From positions 1 to 5,244 of IMG/VR virus record IMGVR_UViG_2703718777_000003: a stretch of 5,244 bases of DNA; one strand, 5' to 3'. Shown here one piece after another: positions 5,017-5,244 of the stretch. Below the pieces are notes generated by a model. That model was not told where the DNA came from, did no database searches, and saw only the letters and a list, made by a program, of their open reading frames with translations. Source of the DNA: a virus (Duplodnaviria; Heunggongvirae; Uroviricota; Caudoviricetes). A program made the translations under genes and the position numbers. Position 1 is the stretch's first letter. Each line of letters begins with the position of its first letter.

Positions 5017-5244
5017 TTATTCAGTTCTTGATTTTGCCGCCCTGCGTATCCGCGCTTTCGCGTTACGCTCAATCTGAATTAGCTTTTCTATATTTTTCCG
5101 CCTTTCCTGTTCCTCCTGTCGCAATAGCCTTACGTCATCTGCCAGTCTGGTTTCTCTTTTCGCCACAGAGAGCATCCAGTCAAACGGCTCCACAACTGCA
5201 CCGCAGATTTTACAACGGACCTGACGCTCTTTTTCGTCAACCCG
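5017..5244 (-). CDS. Hypothetical protein, 5'-truncated by the window edge (CxxC motif, basic coiled-coil-like C-terminus)
   Basis: Open minus-strand frame from the window edge to TAA at 5019-5017: ...RVDEKERQVRCKICGAVVEPFDWMLSVAKRETRLADDVRLLRQEEQERRKNIEKLIQIERNAKARIRRAAKSRTE. No in-window start, so it is absent from the ORF track. Confidence 0.5.
   Translation of the reverse strand, partial: RVDEKERQVRCKICGAVVEPFDWMLSVAKRETRLADDVRLLRQEEQERRKNIEKLIQIERNAKARIRRAAKSRTE

Overview
The window reads as the nin/Q-to-late-operon junction of a lambdoid enterobacterial prophage. Every credible gene is on the minus strand, so transcription runs from high to low coordinates. In that order: a 5'-truncated CxxC ORF (5244-5017); two tiny hyperacidic proteins; an Ead/Ea22-like protein; an Hjc-like PD-(D/E)xK nuclease; a bidirectional intrinsic terminator followed by a sigma70-like promoter; a 57-aa ORF absent from the ORF track; a putative DUF1367-like protein; a DUF1364/YbcO-like protein; a Q-like antiterminator; a pR'-like promoter overlapping the Q stop with a tR'-like terminator about 80 nt downstream; a repeat-rich structured leader; an ORF6N-domain cargo gene; a terminator; and a tRNA-Ile2(CAU)-like gene with its own promoter and terminator. 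Gene calls rest on reading frames, start/stop overlaps, ribosome-binding sites and motifs I recognise from memory; no database search was run, so family names are unverified. No lysis genes, integrase, IS element or CRISPR array is present. The most unusual parts are the Q-dependent cargo module (structured leader, ORF6N gene, aberrant tRNA) and the pair of hyperacidic mini-proteins.
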